Below, in pieces: positions 24,792 through 34,100 of a stretch of DNA of 64,000 nt. The stretch's first letter is position 1; each line of letters begins with the position of its first letter. The notes beneath the pieces are model-generated. The model did no database searches. It saw nothing but the letters and a program-made list of their open reading frames with translations, and was not told the origin of the DNA. The stretch lies in assembly GCA_031555755.1 (NCBI GenBank), contig JAVBUD010000008.1, forward strand, positions 1,785 through 65,784, written 5' to 3'. Source of the stretch: Eubacteriales bacterium. GTDB taxonomy: Bacteria > Bacillota > Clostridia > Christensenellales > Aristaeellaceae. The position numbers and the translations under genes are program-made.

Positions 24792-25790
24792 ATGCTCGCC
24801 GCCGTCGTCGAAAGGCCGGGCCAACTGGTCATCAAGGACATTCCCGTGCCGGAGGTGCCTAAGGGACACTTCCTGCTGAAGGTGGAGGCCGCCTCCATCT
24901 GCAACGCCACCGACAACCACATCGTCGAGGGGATCTTCGACGGGTACCACGACCACTATCCCCAGGTGCTGGGCCACGAGGTCTGCGGCTCGGTGTGCGA
25001 GATCGGCGAGGGCGTGGACAACGTCAGGCTGGGCGAGCGCATCGCGCTGTACACGCCCAACGGCGCGTTTCAGGAGTACCTGCTGGTCCGGGCGGACTGG
25101 ACGCTGGCGCGCATCCCCGAGGGCATGCCGCCCGAAGTGGGCGCAATGTGCGAGGTGTTTGACGGCTCGTACACGTCGCTGGTCGCACCGGCGGAGCTGA
25201 CGAAGGACGACACCGTGCTGATCATCGGCGCGGGCCCGCTGGGCCTGGCGGCGACGGGCATGGCGGCGCTGTCGGCCAAGGCCGTGCTGTGCGTGGACTT
25301 CTACCAAAACCGGCTGGACATGGCCAAGCAGTTCGGCGCGAAGTACACCTATAACCGGTCCGAGATGAGCACCCAGCAGATTTTGGACGCCATCGCCCGC
25401 GACGTGGGCGAGGTGGACGTGTCGCTGATGTGCATCGCGCTGGACCGCAGCGACGACCTCAGCGCGTTCCACATGGCCATCGAGGCCACCCGCCGCGACG
25501 GGCGCATGGCGGGGCTGAACGTGGAGGTCAAGCTGGACCACCACAACCACCGGATGAACCCGTTCCACATGAACAGAAAGAACATCAAGTACCGCCACAA
25601 CCTGGAGCGGGCCAGCGACGGCCGCGACTTCCAGCGGGCCTACGACGCGGTGGGCCAGGGCAAGGTGCCCATGGAAAAGATGATCACCCACAAGGTCACG
25701 CTGGACAAGCTCCCTTGGGCACTGGACATGACACACGCGCACCTGGACGAGTGCATCAAGATCATCGTGTACCCGAGGGTTGAGGCATGA
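24792..25790 (+). CDS. Zn-dependent medium-chain dehydrogenase/reductase (second copy)
   Basis: ASICNATD...GHEVCGSVCEIGEGV...GERI and a Rossmann segment VLIIGAGPLGL. TAGGAGGGA RBS. Confidence 0.85.
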   Translation: MLAAVVERPGQLVIKDIPVPEVPKGHFLLKVEAASICNATDNHIVEGIFDGYHDHYPQVLGHEVCGSVCEIGEGVDNVRLGERIALYTPNGAFQEYLLVRADWTLARIPEGMPPEVGAMCEVFDGSYTSLVAPAELTKDDTVLIIGAGPLGLAATGMAALSAKAVLCVDFYQNRLDMAKQFGAKYTYNRSEMSTQQILDAIARDVGEVDVSLMCIALDRSDDLSAFHMAIEATRRDGRMAGLNVEVKLDHHNHRMNPFHMNRKNIKYRHNLERASDGRDFQRAYDAVGQGKVPMEKMITHKVTLDKLPWALDMTHAHLDECIKIIVYPRVEA

Positions 25791-25820
25791 CGCTGTAGAT
25801 ACTGGAAAGGGGGTCACGCC

Positions 25821-26774
25821 ATGCAAGGCACCGCGAGGGGGATGACGAAGCCCACGCTCGCCGCCCGGTGGCTGCGCGCACTGAAGCGCGACTGGCGGCT
25901 GCATGTGTTGATTGCGCTGCCCGTGGTCTGGCTGATCGTGTTCTGTTACGCGCCGATGGTGGGCGCACAGATCGCGTTCCGCAAGTTCCAGGGGAACCTC
26001 GGCATCTGGGGCAGCCCGTGGGTAGGTTTTGCCAACTTCACCAAGTTTTTTGCCAGTCCCTACTTCAGGCAGGTGATCTGGAACTCGCTGCGCATCAGCG
26101 TGTACGCGCTGGTGGCGGGCTTCCCGGCGTCCATCATCCTGGCGCTGATGATCAATGCGGTGAGCGGGACGGGCTTCAAGAAGACGGTGCAGATGGTCAC
26201 CTACGCGCCCTATTTTATCTCCACCGTGGTCATGGTGGGCATGGTGATCCAGTTTCTGAGCCCCACGGTGGGGTTGTACGGCCAGCTCTCGGGCCTGCTT
26301 GGAATCAACAACCCCACCAACCTGCTCGCCAAGAGCCAGTACTTCGACCACATCTATGTGATCTCGGGCATCTGGCAGGGCGCGGGCTACGGCGCGATCA
26401 TCTACATCGCCACGCTGTCGGGGGTGGACCCCAGCCTGTACGAGGCCGCGACCATCGACGGCGCGACGAAGCTGCAAAAGATCCGCCACATCGACCTGCC
26501 CTCGATCCTGCCCACGGCGATGATCCTGCTGATCATGAACATGGGCAGCATCCTGAACGTGGGCTTTGAGAAGATCTTCCTGCTGCAGAACCCCATGAAC
26601 AAGGCGGTCTCTGAGGTCATCTCCACGTATGTGTACAAGGTCGGCATCGGCGCGGGTTTTCCGGATTATTCCTATTCCACCGCCGTGGGCCTGTTCAATT
26701 CGGTGATCAGCTGCGCACTGGTGCTGACCGCCAACGCGCTGTCGCGGCGGGTCGGGCAATCGAGTCTGTGGTGA
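25821..26774 (+). CDS. Carbohydrate ABC transporter permease (LplB/YtcP-like)
   Basis: N-terminus ...LKRDWRLHVLIALPVVWLIVFCYAPMVGAQIAFRKF is typical of LplB-type permeases. EAA-like loop YEAATIDGATKLQKIRHIDLP. Confidence 0.9.
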   Translation: MQGTARGMTKPTLAARWLRALKRDWRLHVLIALPVVWLIVFCYAPMVGAQIAFRKFQGNLGIWGSPWVGFANFTKFFASPYFRQVIWNSLRISVYALVAGFPASIILALMINAVSGTGFKKTVQMVTYAPYFISTVVMVGMVIQFLSPTVGLYGQLSGLLGINNPTNLLAKSQYFDHIYVISGIWQGAGYGAIIYIATLSGVDPSLYEAATIDGATKLQKIRHIDLPSILPTAMILLIMNMGSILNVGFEKIFLLQNPMNKAVSEVISTYVYKVGIGAGFPDYSYSTAVGLFNSVISCALVLTANALSRRVGQSSLW

Positions 26775-26784
26775 GGAGGGGGAT

Positions 26785-27708
26785 GTGAACGTGGCGCAAA
26801 GGGCGAAAGGGCGCGATGCCAACGGCATCCACCGCGCCAGGCAGGACGTGGTCTTCGACGCGGTGAACAATGGGGTGCTGGGCGCGATCCTGCTGATCGT
26901 GCTGTTCCCGCTGCTGTACGTGGTCAGCTGCTCGTTCTCCAGCGGCAACGCGGTCACCTCGGGCCGTGTCTGGTTCTGGCCCGTAGAGCCGTCTCTGGAG
27001 GCCTACAGGGCCGTGTTGGGCTACCAGGCCATCTGGCGCGGGTATGTGAACAGCGTGCTCTACGCGGGCGTAGGAGCCCTTTTCAGCGTGCTCATGACGC
27101 TGCTGGCGGCCTACCCGCTGTCGCGCAGGGATTTTGGCGCGCGCCGGGTGTACATGATGCTATTTACCTTCACGATGCTGTTTTCCGGCGGGCTGGTGCC
27201 CTACTATCTGGTTGTGCTGAACCTGGGTCTGGTGAACACATTCTGGGCGATGATCATCCCCAGTGCGCTGTCGGTGTGGAATGTGATCATCACCCGCACG
27301 TTCTTTAACCAGACCTTTTCCGGCGAGATCCTGGACGCGTCGCAGATCGACGGCTGCACGGATTTTGGGTTTTTCCTGCACATCGCGCTGCCCCTGTCCG
27401 GGGCGATCATCGCGGTCAACGCGCTGTTTTACGCGGTGGGCAAGTGGAACAGCTATTTTGAGGCCTTTATCCTGCTCCGGAACGCGGACCTGATGCCGCT
27501 GCAGATCATCTTGCGCCGCATCCTGGTGCTGAACGAAAAGTCGATGACCGACGTGGCCAGCGCGGGCAGCGAGGCCGAACTGGCCAAGCTGCGCGACCTG
27601 ATCAAGTACGCGCTGATCGTGGTGTCGTCGCTGCCGGTGCTGTGCATCTACCCGTTCGTGCAGAAGTATTTTGTGCGCGGGCTGATGATCGGCTCGGTGA
27701 AGGGCTGA
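26785..27708 (+). CDS. Carbohydrate ABC transporter permease (LplC-like)
   Basis: GTG start follows GAGGAGGGGG. EAA loop LDASQIDGCTDFGFFLHIALP. Six TM segments. Confidence 0.9.
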   Translation: MNVAQRAKGRDANGIHRARQDVVFDAVNNGVLGAILLIVLFPLLYVVSCSFSSGNAVTSGRVWFWPVEPSLEAYRAVLGYQAIWRGYVNSVLYAGVGALFSVLMTLLAAYPLSRRDFGARRVYMMLFTFTMLFSGGLVPYYLVVLNLGLVNTFWAMIIPSALSVWNVIITRTFFNQTFSGEILDASQIDGCTDFGFFLHIALPLSGAIIAVNALFYAVGKWNSYFEAFILLRNADLMPLQIILRRILVLNEKSMTDVASAGSEAELAKLRDLIKYALIVVSSLPVLCIYPFVQKYFVRGLMIGSVKG

Positions 27709-27780
27709 TGCCCGCGGACGAATGGGACGCCCACCCGGGCGCTCAGAGATACACCCAGTAATCATAAGGAGGTTTCCCCC

Positions 27781-29418
27781 ATGAAGAGAGGTTTGACCCT
27801 GGTTCTGGCGCTGGTGATGCTGTTGATGACCGCCGTGCCCGCGCTGGCCAATGCGCTGCCCCTCACGACGGAGCCCCAGACGCTGACGGTGCTGGTGCAG
27901 ACCACCAACAAGATGGTGGACATCAACGCCAACGACTACACCCAGTGGCTGGAGGAGCAGACTGGCGTGCACCTGGACTTCGTGACGGTCCTCGACTCCA
28001 CGCCCGAGTCCGAGCAGGCGCTGTCCCTGATGCTCAACTCCGGCGAAAAGCTGCCCGACATCCTGCTGGGCAGGCTGAGCTACGACCAGCAGTACCTGTA
28101 CGGCCAGCAGGGCATTTTGATGCCGCTGAACGAGCTGATCAAGGAGCACGCGCCCAATGTGACAGAGACCTTCGAGCAGTACCCGCTGTACGCCGCCACC
28201 TCTACCCGCACCGACGGCAATGTGTACTATGTGACCGCCTACGAGGAGTGCTATCACTGCACCGGCGCGCAGAAGCTGTGGATCAACCAGAAGTGGCTTT
28301 CAAACCTGGGCCTTGAAATGCCCACCACCACCGACGAGTTTGAGGCCGTGCTGAAGGCGTTCAAGGAGCAGGACGCGAACGGCAACGGCGACCCCAACGA
28401 CGAGATCCCCATGTCCGGCATCAAGACCACCTGGCACTTCAACATGGAAGCGTTCCTGATGAACAGCTTTATCTATGACGACGGCAGCCAGTCAGGCGGC
28501 TACCGCATGGGCGTGAAGGACGGCCAGCTGATCCCGTCGTTCACCCAGGACGAGTGGCGGCAGGGCCTGACCTGGATGAATGACATGTTCAAGCAGGGCC
28601 TGATCGACGAGAACGCGTTCGTCCAGGACGAGGCCACGATCAAGTCGCTGACTACCGGCGAAGTGGCCCAGGTGGGCGTGATCCCGGCGGGCCACCCGGC
28701 GATCTTCTGCACCGTGGACAGCCCGAACATCTATGAGTACGTGGCCGTGACCCCGCTGAAGGGGCCCACCGGGCTGCAGCAGGCCGGCTATTTCCCGAAT
28801 GTGGCCAAGACCTCCGACGGCTTTGCGGTGTTTTCTGGCTGCCAGAACCCCGAACTGGCGATCAAGTGGCTGGACTTCCTGTTCACCGAGCAGGCCACCA
28901 TCCGCTCCCAGTACGGCGTGGAGGGACGCGACTGGGCCTACAATGATGACCCCGCCGTGCTGGGCCTGAATGACGAGAAGGCGCTGTTCACCACCTTCGG
29001 CAAGAATCCGGTCTTCCAGAAGACCCAGCTCAGCGAGTCCTGGGAGCACACCGCGCCGTTCAAATGGGTGGACTACATCTTCGCAGGCCAGGCCGTGTTG
29101 GGCGGCGAGGGCTACGACCTGGAAAAGGTGCTGTACGACGCCACCAAGCCCTATGAGCCCTTCTTCCCCAAGGAGTACTGCATGAGCCTGTCGTTTGAGG
29201 GCGAGGACGCCGAGTTCGTGGCCATGAACCGCCGCCCCATGGAGGACTTCGTGGACCAGTGCGTCGCCGAGTTCATCGTGGGCACCCGCGACATCACCAG
29301 TGACGGCGACTGGAGCGCCTACCTGGAAGAGCTGAACGGCCTGGGCCTTGAGCAGTACGTCCAGATCCTGCAAAAGGGCTACGACGCCCAACAGGCAGCA
29401 ATCTCGAGCCTGTCCTAA
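27781..29418 (+). CDS. Extracellular solute-binding protein, large family-1 (LplA-like)
   Basis: TAAGGAGG RBS, signal peptide MKRGLTLVLALVMLLMTAVPALA, 545-aa size. Follows the LplB/LplC-type permeases, the usual partner arrangement. Confidence 0.85.
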   Translation: MKRGLTLVLALVMLLMTAVPALANALPLTTEPQTLTVLVQTTNKMVDINANDYTQWLEEQTGVHLDFVTVLDSTPESEQALSLMLNSGEKLPDILLGRLSYDQQYLYGQQGILMPLNELIKEHAPNVTETFEQYPLYAATSTRTDGNVYYVTAYEECYHCTGAQKLWINQKWLSNLGLEMPTTTDEFEAVLKAFKEQDANGNGDPNDEIPMSGIKTTWHFNMEAFLMNSFIYDDGSQSGGYRMGVKDGQLIPSFTQDEWRQGLTWMNDMFKQGLIDENAFVQDEATIKSLTTGEVAQVGVIPAGHPAIFCTVDSPNIYEYVAVTPLKGPTGLQQAGYFPNVAKTSDGFAVFSGCQNPELAIKWLDFLFTEQATIRSQYGVEGRDWAYNDDPAVLGLNDEKALFTTFGKNPVFQKTQLSESWEHTAPFKWVDYIFAGQAVLGGEGYDLEKVLYDATKPYEPFFPKEYCMSLSFEGEDAEFVAMNRRPMEDFVDQCVAEFIVGTRDITSDGDWSAYLEELNGLGLEQYVQILQKGYDAQQAAISSLS

Positions 29419-29435
29419 TCTCGCGCTCTTTTCCC

Positions 29436-29525
29436 CCGTCATCCTGAGCGCATGCGAAGGACCTTCCTCAAACTATCTGCCAGGATAGCATGAGGAAGGT
29501 CCTTTTCTGGCGCTCAGGATGACGG
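29436..29525. repeat. REP-like palindromic intergenic element, copy 2
   Basis: CCGTCATCCTGAGCGCATGCGAAGGACCTTCCTCAAA ... TGAGGAAGGTCCTTTTCTGGCGCTCAGGATGACGG. Starts 18 nt after the stop at 29418, between convergent genes. Confidence 0.85.
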
Positions 29526-29557
29526 CGGGGAGGGCGGATTAGAAGCTCCTTGCCCCG

Positions 29558-30619
29558 TCAATCCCGCGTCCACGCCCCGATCCGCTTCACCATCTCGTCC
29601 GCCTCCTCCTGCGTGTCCGCCGAGCTCACCAGATACAGTCCCTTGCTCGACAGCCCGCTCATCAGCGGCTCGATCTGCTGTTTATGTGCCATGATCACCA
29701 GACCGACACCAGCCGACTGAATCCGCTTCAGCTCGTTCATGTATGCCGTCGCGGGCGGCTGGCCGTCAACCTGGGTCCACTGGATGGCGCGCAGATTCGG
29801 AATCGACAGCAGGCTATCCAAATGGCGCACCTGTTCGGCACCGTCGAAGTGATACAGCGGATATGCTAGAAACGCACACTGCCGCACCAGCTCGGGCAGG
29901 ATGAACGCGTCGAACATCGCCTTTGACACCATCACGGACATGTCGGCCTGCATCTGCGCATGCAGCCCGGGCGCCCATGTGTCCAGCCAGCCGATGCATG
30001 AGCCACCCTGGTTGTTGTCCCTGACGATGTCATAGACCTCTGAGATGATGCGCTCATAGGCGGTCTGAATCTTGCGCAGCGCGTCCTGCACGGCCACCGG
30101 TTCCTCCAGCATGGCGGGCAGCAGGTTTTCCGGCCCCATCAGGTGCGACAGGGCGTCCGCGTTGCCGCTCGTGTCGGGCATGGACACAAAGTAGTCGCCC
30201 CCGCTGTCGTCGACCAGCGCCTGCGCCAACTCAAGCGTCTTGCGATACAAAAAGCTGTCTTCATCGAACGCCAGGTCATCGGGCTTATCAAGGCTCGGAA
30301 AGAACCAAACGGACTCCTCAAAGCGGTGTCGCTCGCCCCGAAAGAAGCCTGCATGACCCGCCGCGCCAAGGTCCAGGAACACCTGCGGGAACGAATCCCC
30401 CGCATAGTACGTGCCGTCAAGCCGCGCGCGGTGGCGGCGGATCACGACCTCCGGGTCCGTCCAGTGCCGCAGCCGCTCCGCCGTCGTCTTCGGCACAATC
30501 CGCTCATGGGCGCCCACAGGCGCGACCGTCACGCTGCAGCAGCACCGGTCCAAGATCTCCCGCTCCCAAAACGCCGCATGCCTCGACCTGCGCCGATCCC
30601 AATCGTTGATGCACCTCAA
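29558..30619 (-). CDS. Uroporphyrinogen-decarboxylase-like (URO-D/MtaA-type TIM barrel) family protein, function unknown
   Basis: TTG start follows AAGGAGGG. The overall pattern (FWEREILDR..., GNADALSHLMGPENLLPAMLEEP, HFDG...LRAIQW) resembles URO-D-like proteins found in sugar-utilisation loci. The product call is weak. Confidence 0.55.
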   Translation of the reverse strand: MRCINDWDRRRSRHAAFWEREILDRCCCSVTVAPVGAHERIVPKTTAERLRHWTDPEVVIRRHRARLDGTYYAGDSFPQVFLDLGAAGHAGFFRGERHRFEESVWFFPSLDKPDDLAFDEDSFLYRKTLELAQALVDDSGGDYFVSMPDTSGNADALSHLMGPENLLPAMLEEPVAVQDALRKIQTAYERIISEVYDIVRDNNQGGSCIGWLDTWAPGLHAQMQADMSVMVSKAMFDAFILPELVRQCAFLAYPLYHFDGAEQVRHLDSLLSIPNLRAIQWTQVDGQPPATAYMNELKRIQSAGVGLVIMAHKQQIEPLMSGLSSKGLYLVSSADTQEEADEMVKRIGAWTRD

Positions 30620-30868
30620 ATGACATCCCTCCTTGGCCCTTTATCATTCCGAGAGGATCGGTCTCCAGCACATCCTCCATAACGATATTTACATGATAGG
30701 GTCAAATTGATGGCCTGTCAATGGCTATACATATAACAGACCGAAGTCTGGTATCCATGGAGAGATAGAACGAGATGAAAAGGCTTGAATATGTTGAGTT
30801 CATGCAGTGAATCAGCCTACAATGGCCGCGAGTATTGAAGATGTGTTCTGAAGGAATGGGACGAATAG

Positions 30869-30926
30869 AGACTTTGGTCTGTAATTGAGTCAGGCGGTTC
30901 ATTTTTCAGAAAACAGACCAAAGTCT
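30869..30926. promoter_or_regulatory. 14-bp perfect inverted repeat with 30-nt loop in the AT-rich region upstream of the giant gene
   Basis: AGACTTTGGTCTGT (30869-30882) pairs with ACAGACCAAAGTCT (30913-30926), followed by TTTTG. Confidence 0.4.
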
Positions 30927-31136
30927 TTTGCAAAAACTCCGATACCCGTGACTGCCAATGAGATCGGGGCCAGCGGTTGCCTTGATGGGGGTGCGAAGAA
31001 GGGGGATTGCGCAGAAAAATTACACGGTTTCGCGCGAATTTTGCCTACGTGCAACCGCAAATGTAACGTTTGATCTGGTATAATAAGTCAAATCTGAAAA
31101 GTTGTGTCGATACACAGCATATGAAAGTGGAGACAG

Positions 31137-34100
31137 ATGAAAATGATGAGCAAGAGAATCCGGACTTGGACACTGATTTTGTTGGTGTGCGCGGCGCTGC
31201 TGGTGCAGCCGTTTGATGCGCTGCTGGTTCGGAATGCCGCGTCGGTGGCGTACGCGGCGTCCCGCATCGTCAGCATTGATGCGCGCGGCGGGGCGTCCGG
31301 GATGAACCGGATGCTGGTCATGTCTGGCGCATATAATAATGAAGCGCGTGCGCCACATCGGCAGCAGATCGCGACAACGAATGCCGATCAAGCGGCGTTC
31401 GGCTTCGGCAACCCGTTCGCAAGGCCGAAGTTCACAGGCAACACAGGCGCGGCGTCCAGTGGGATGGTCAGCCTGTCCACGGGCGGGGAATTTTTCCCCG
31501 GGCTGCCCCCGGATATGGATAAGGAAGAGGACGTCGATATCATCGTGGATTCGGAATCGGTTGTATTGACCATGCCGACTGCGACGCCGACGCCTGATAC
31601 CACCCATGAAGGCGCCGCGAAGATCGAACCAGAGGTCACAAGTGGCAGTGATCCCGATGTGACTGGTGGTCCCGAGGAGGGCGATGCGCATCCGGGCAAC
31701 AGCATGAGTCTGTTCGGCGCGTTCGGCGTGGAAGGCATGATGGGTAACCAGATGCTGATCGCCGGCGACGAGTCCGGCATGGTGGTGTCCGAAGACATCG
31801 TAATGGTCGAAAACTCGTTCCTGTCGCTGGATGAGTACGTCGCGCTGCGCGACGGCCATCCGCAGACGTTCGCCTATCTGACCTCGCTGTTCGGCGCGGA
31901 AGATCTGACCCAGGTCACGGCGGATCAGGCGCTGTCGGTGACGACGTTCGATCCGTCGAGCGCTGGCGCATATGACATGAACAGCACTGCAGTCCTGACG
32001 CGCATGAGCGGTCTGAAAACGATCAACCTGTCCGGGCAGCCGATCTCTGATTTTCCTGCGAGCGCATTTTCCGGCGTGACGAGTTTGGACCTCAGCGGCT
32101 TGGGCCTGTCGCTCAGCTTTGCTGCGGGCGACATGACGTCGCTGACCTCGCTGAACGTGTCCGGCTCCGCCAGTGTGGATTTCCAGGACGGTGCGCTGCC
32201 GTCGTTGAGCCAGCTGAACGTGGACAATGTGGGCAGTGTGACGTTTGGCGCGGGCGCGTTGTCGGGCAGCGGCATCAAGTCGCTGAGCATCGGCAGCGCG
32301 GGCAGCGTGTCGTTCGGCGCGGGCGCGCTGGGGAACCTGACCACGCTGACGCTCACGGGCGACACCGACAGCCTGACCCTCGGCGCGGGTGCGCTGCCCT
32401 CCATGACCAAGCTGGACACCGGCGCGAGCCTCAGCACGCTGACGATGGAGGATGGCGCTTGCGCCAGCCTGACCAATGCCGCGAACCTGGTGACCACCAA
32501 TTTGGGCAGCCTGTATCTCGGCACAGGCGCACTGCCTAAAATGACCTCGGGCAATTTTTCGGCGCACGCGATTGCGAACATCACCTTCGCGGGCGGCGCG
32601 GCGCCAATCTGTACAGCGCTGACGCTGTCCAGTCCGGCGCTGCAGACGCTGACATTCGAGGACGGCGCTTGCAACGCGGTGACGACGCTGACGCTGAACA
32701 ACACCGGGAGCGCCGCGCTGCAGAAGGTTTCCATTGGCAGCAACGCGCTCAATGGGCTCACCAGCAGTGCACTGAACTTGTCGAAGAACGCGAACCTGAA
32801 CTCGTTTACGCTGGGCAGTGGCTCGCTGAGCAATCTGCAGACATTCACAATCAGCGAGTCTGGGCTGCAGAGCCTGGGCTTCCTGGGCGAGGGCGCATTG
32901 CCTGCCGTCAAGACGTTCAACATGTTGAACATGAGCATCGAAGAGCTGGTCATCCCGGGCAACTGCCTGGGTGCCATGACGACGCTGAACATGTCGGACA
33001 ACCACGCCGCGCGTTCGATCACCTTCGCAGACAACTCGGCGCCTGTGATGACCGGTCTGTCAATCAACAATACGGAAAATGTCACAGACTTTATTGTGGG
33101 CGATGGCGCGATGAACGCGTATGTGTCGTTCAACACATCGCTGATGGTTTCGCCGATCCAGCGGTTCGCGGTGGGTGACAACTCACTGATTGCGGCGACC
33201 ACGTACAATGTGGGCAAATATGCGGAAGAGGTGACCATCGGCAGCGGCTCGCTGGGCAAGTGCACAACGTTCGTTGTGAATGGCGTCAACAACGCGGGCG
33301 CGCCGCTGAGGGCGCTCTCCATCGGCGCTGGATCGCTGGGCAGCGCGACGGCGCTCAACCTCGCCAACAACAAGCAGATATTGGACGATCAGCTCTCCAT
33401 CGGCGCGGACTCGCTCGCCAATGTCAAGACGCTGACGCTGGACGGCACCGGCGTGACGGATCTGGGTTTCCTTACCGGAAAACTGAGCGGTCTGACCACA
33501 CTCAGTTGGAAGAATATGGCCTCTGAATCAGTGACCATTCCCGCGAACGCGCTGCCGGGGCTGCTGACGTTGGACCTGAGCAACAGCGGCCAGCTGAAAA
33601 ACCTGAACATCGGCGCGAACGCCGCGCCAGGCGGCAAGACGCTGACGTTGACCGGCTGCGCGAACCTGACCAATATCCACTGCGATAGCGGCGCCATGGG
33701 CGCGCTGGGCATCCTCACGGTGAAGTCGCTGAGCGGCTCTGCGCTGACGGTGTCGGGCGGCGGCTTCGCGGCCACGACACGAATCGATCTGACGAGCAGT
33801 GGCGCGCTGGAGACGCTGAACATTGGCGACGGCGCGATGCCGATGCTGAGCGCGTTCACGACCACCGGCTGCACATCGCTGGTCCGGATGAACATCGGCA
33901 ATGGCGCCGTGACTGGTGCCACCTCGTTCGGTATCCCGTCCACAATCAAGGAAATCAGCGTCGGCGACGGCGCGATGAACGCAGTGAGCGCATTCGCCAT
34001 TCCGACGATCGCCACAACTGTGAGCATCGGCGACAACGCGCTGAACAGCGCGAAACTGACGGTGAACGCGACCGCGGCCTCGCAGCTTGTGACGTTTGTA

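Noticed and set aside
30887-30899. A 13-mer GAGTCAGGCGGTT is shared between 30887-30899 and 63737-63749.
   Set aside because: A single exact 13-mer match is within chance expectation for all-against-all comparison of a 64-kb window on both strands. The flanks do not align.
30702-31073. Small ORFs 30702..30902(-) and 30885..31073(+) in the AT-rich region upstream of the giant gene.
   Set aside because: They have no RBS, and their composition reflects AT-rich non-coding DNA. They overlap each other and the inverted repeat. I treat the region as regulatory or non-coding pending transcript data.
30930-31136. I looked for a c-di-GMP (GEMM-type) riboswitch or other known riboswitch upstream of the two large adhesin genes, in the leaders 13192-13271 and 30930-31136.
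   Set aside because: I could not find the conserved GEMM core (for example ...ACGCAAAGC...) or other riboswitch signatures by eye. A covariance-model scan would be needed for a definitive answer.
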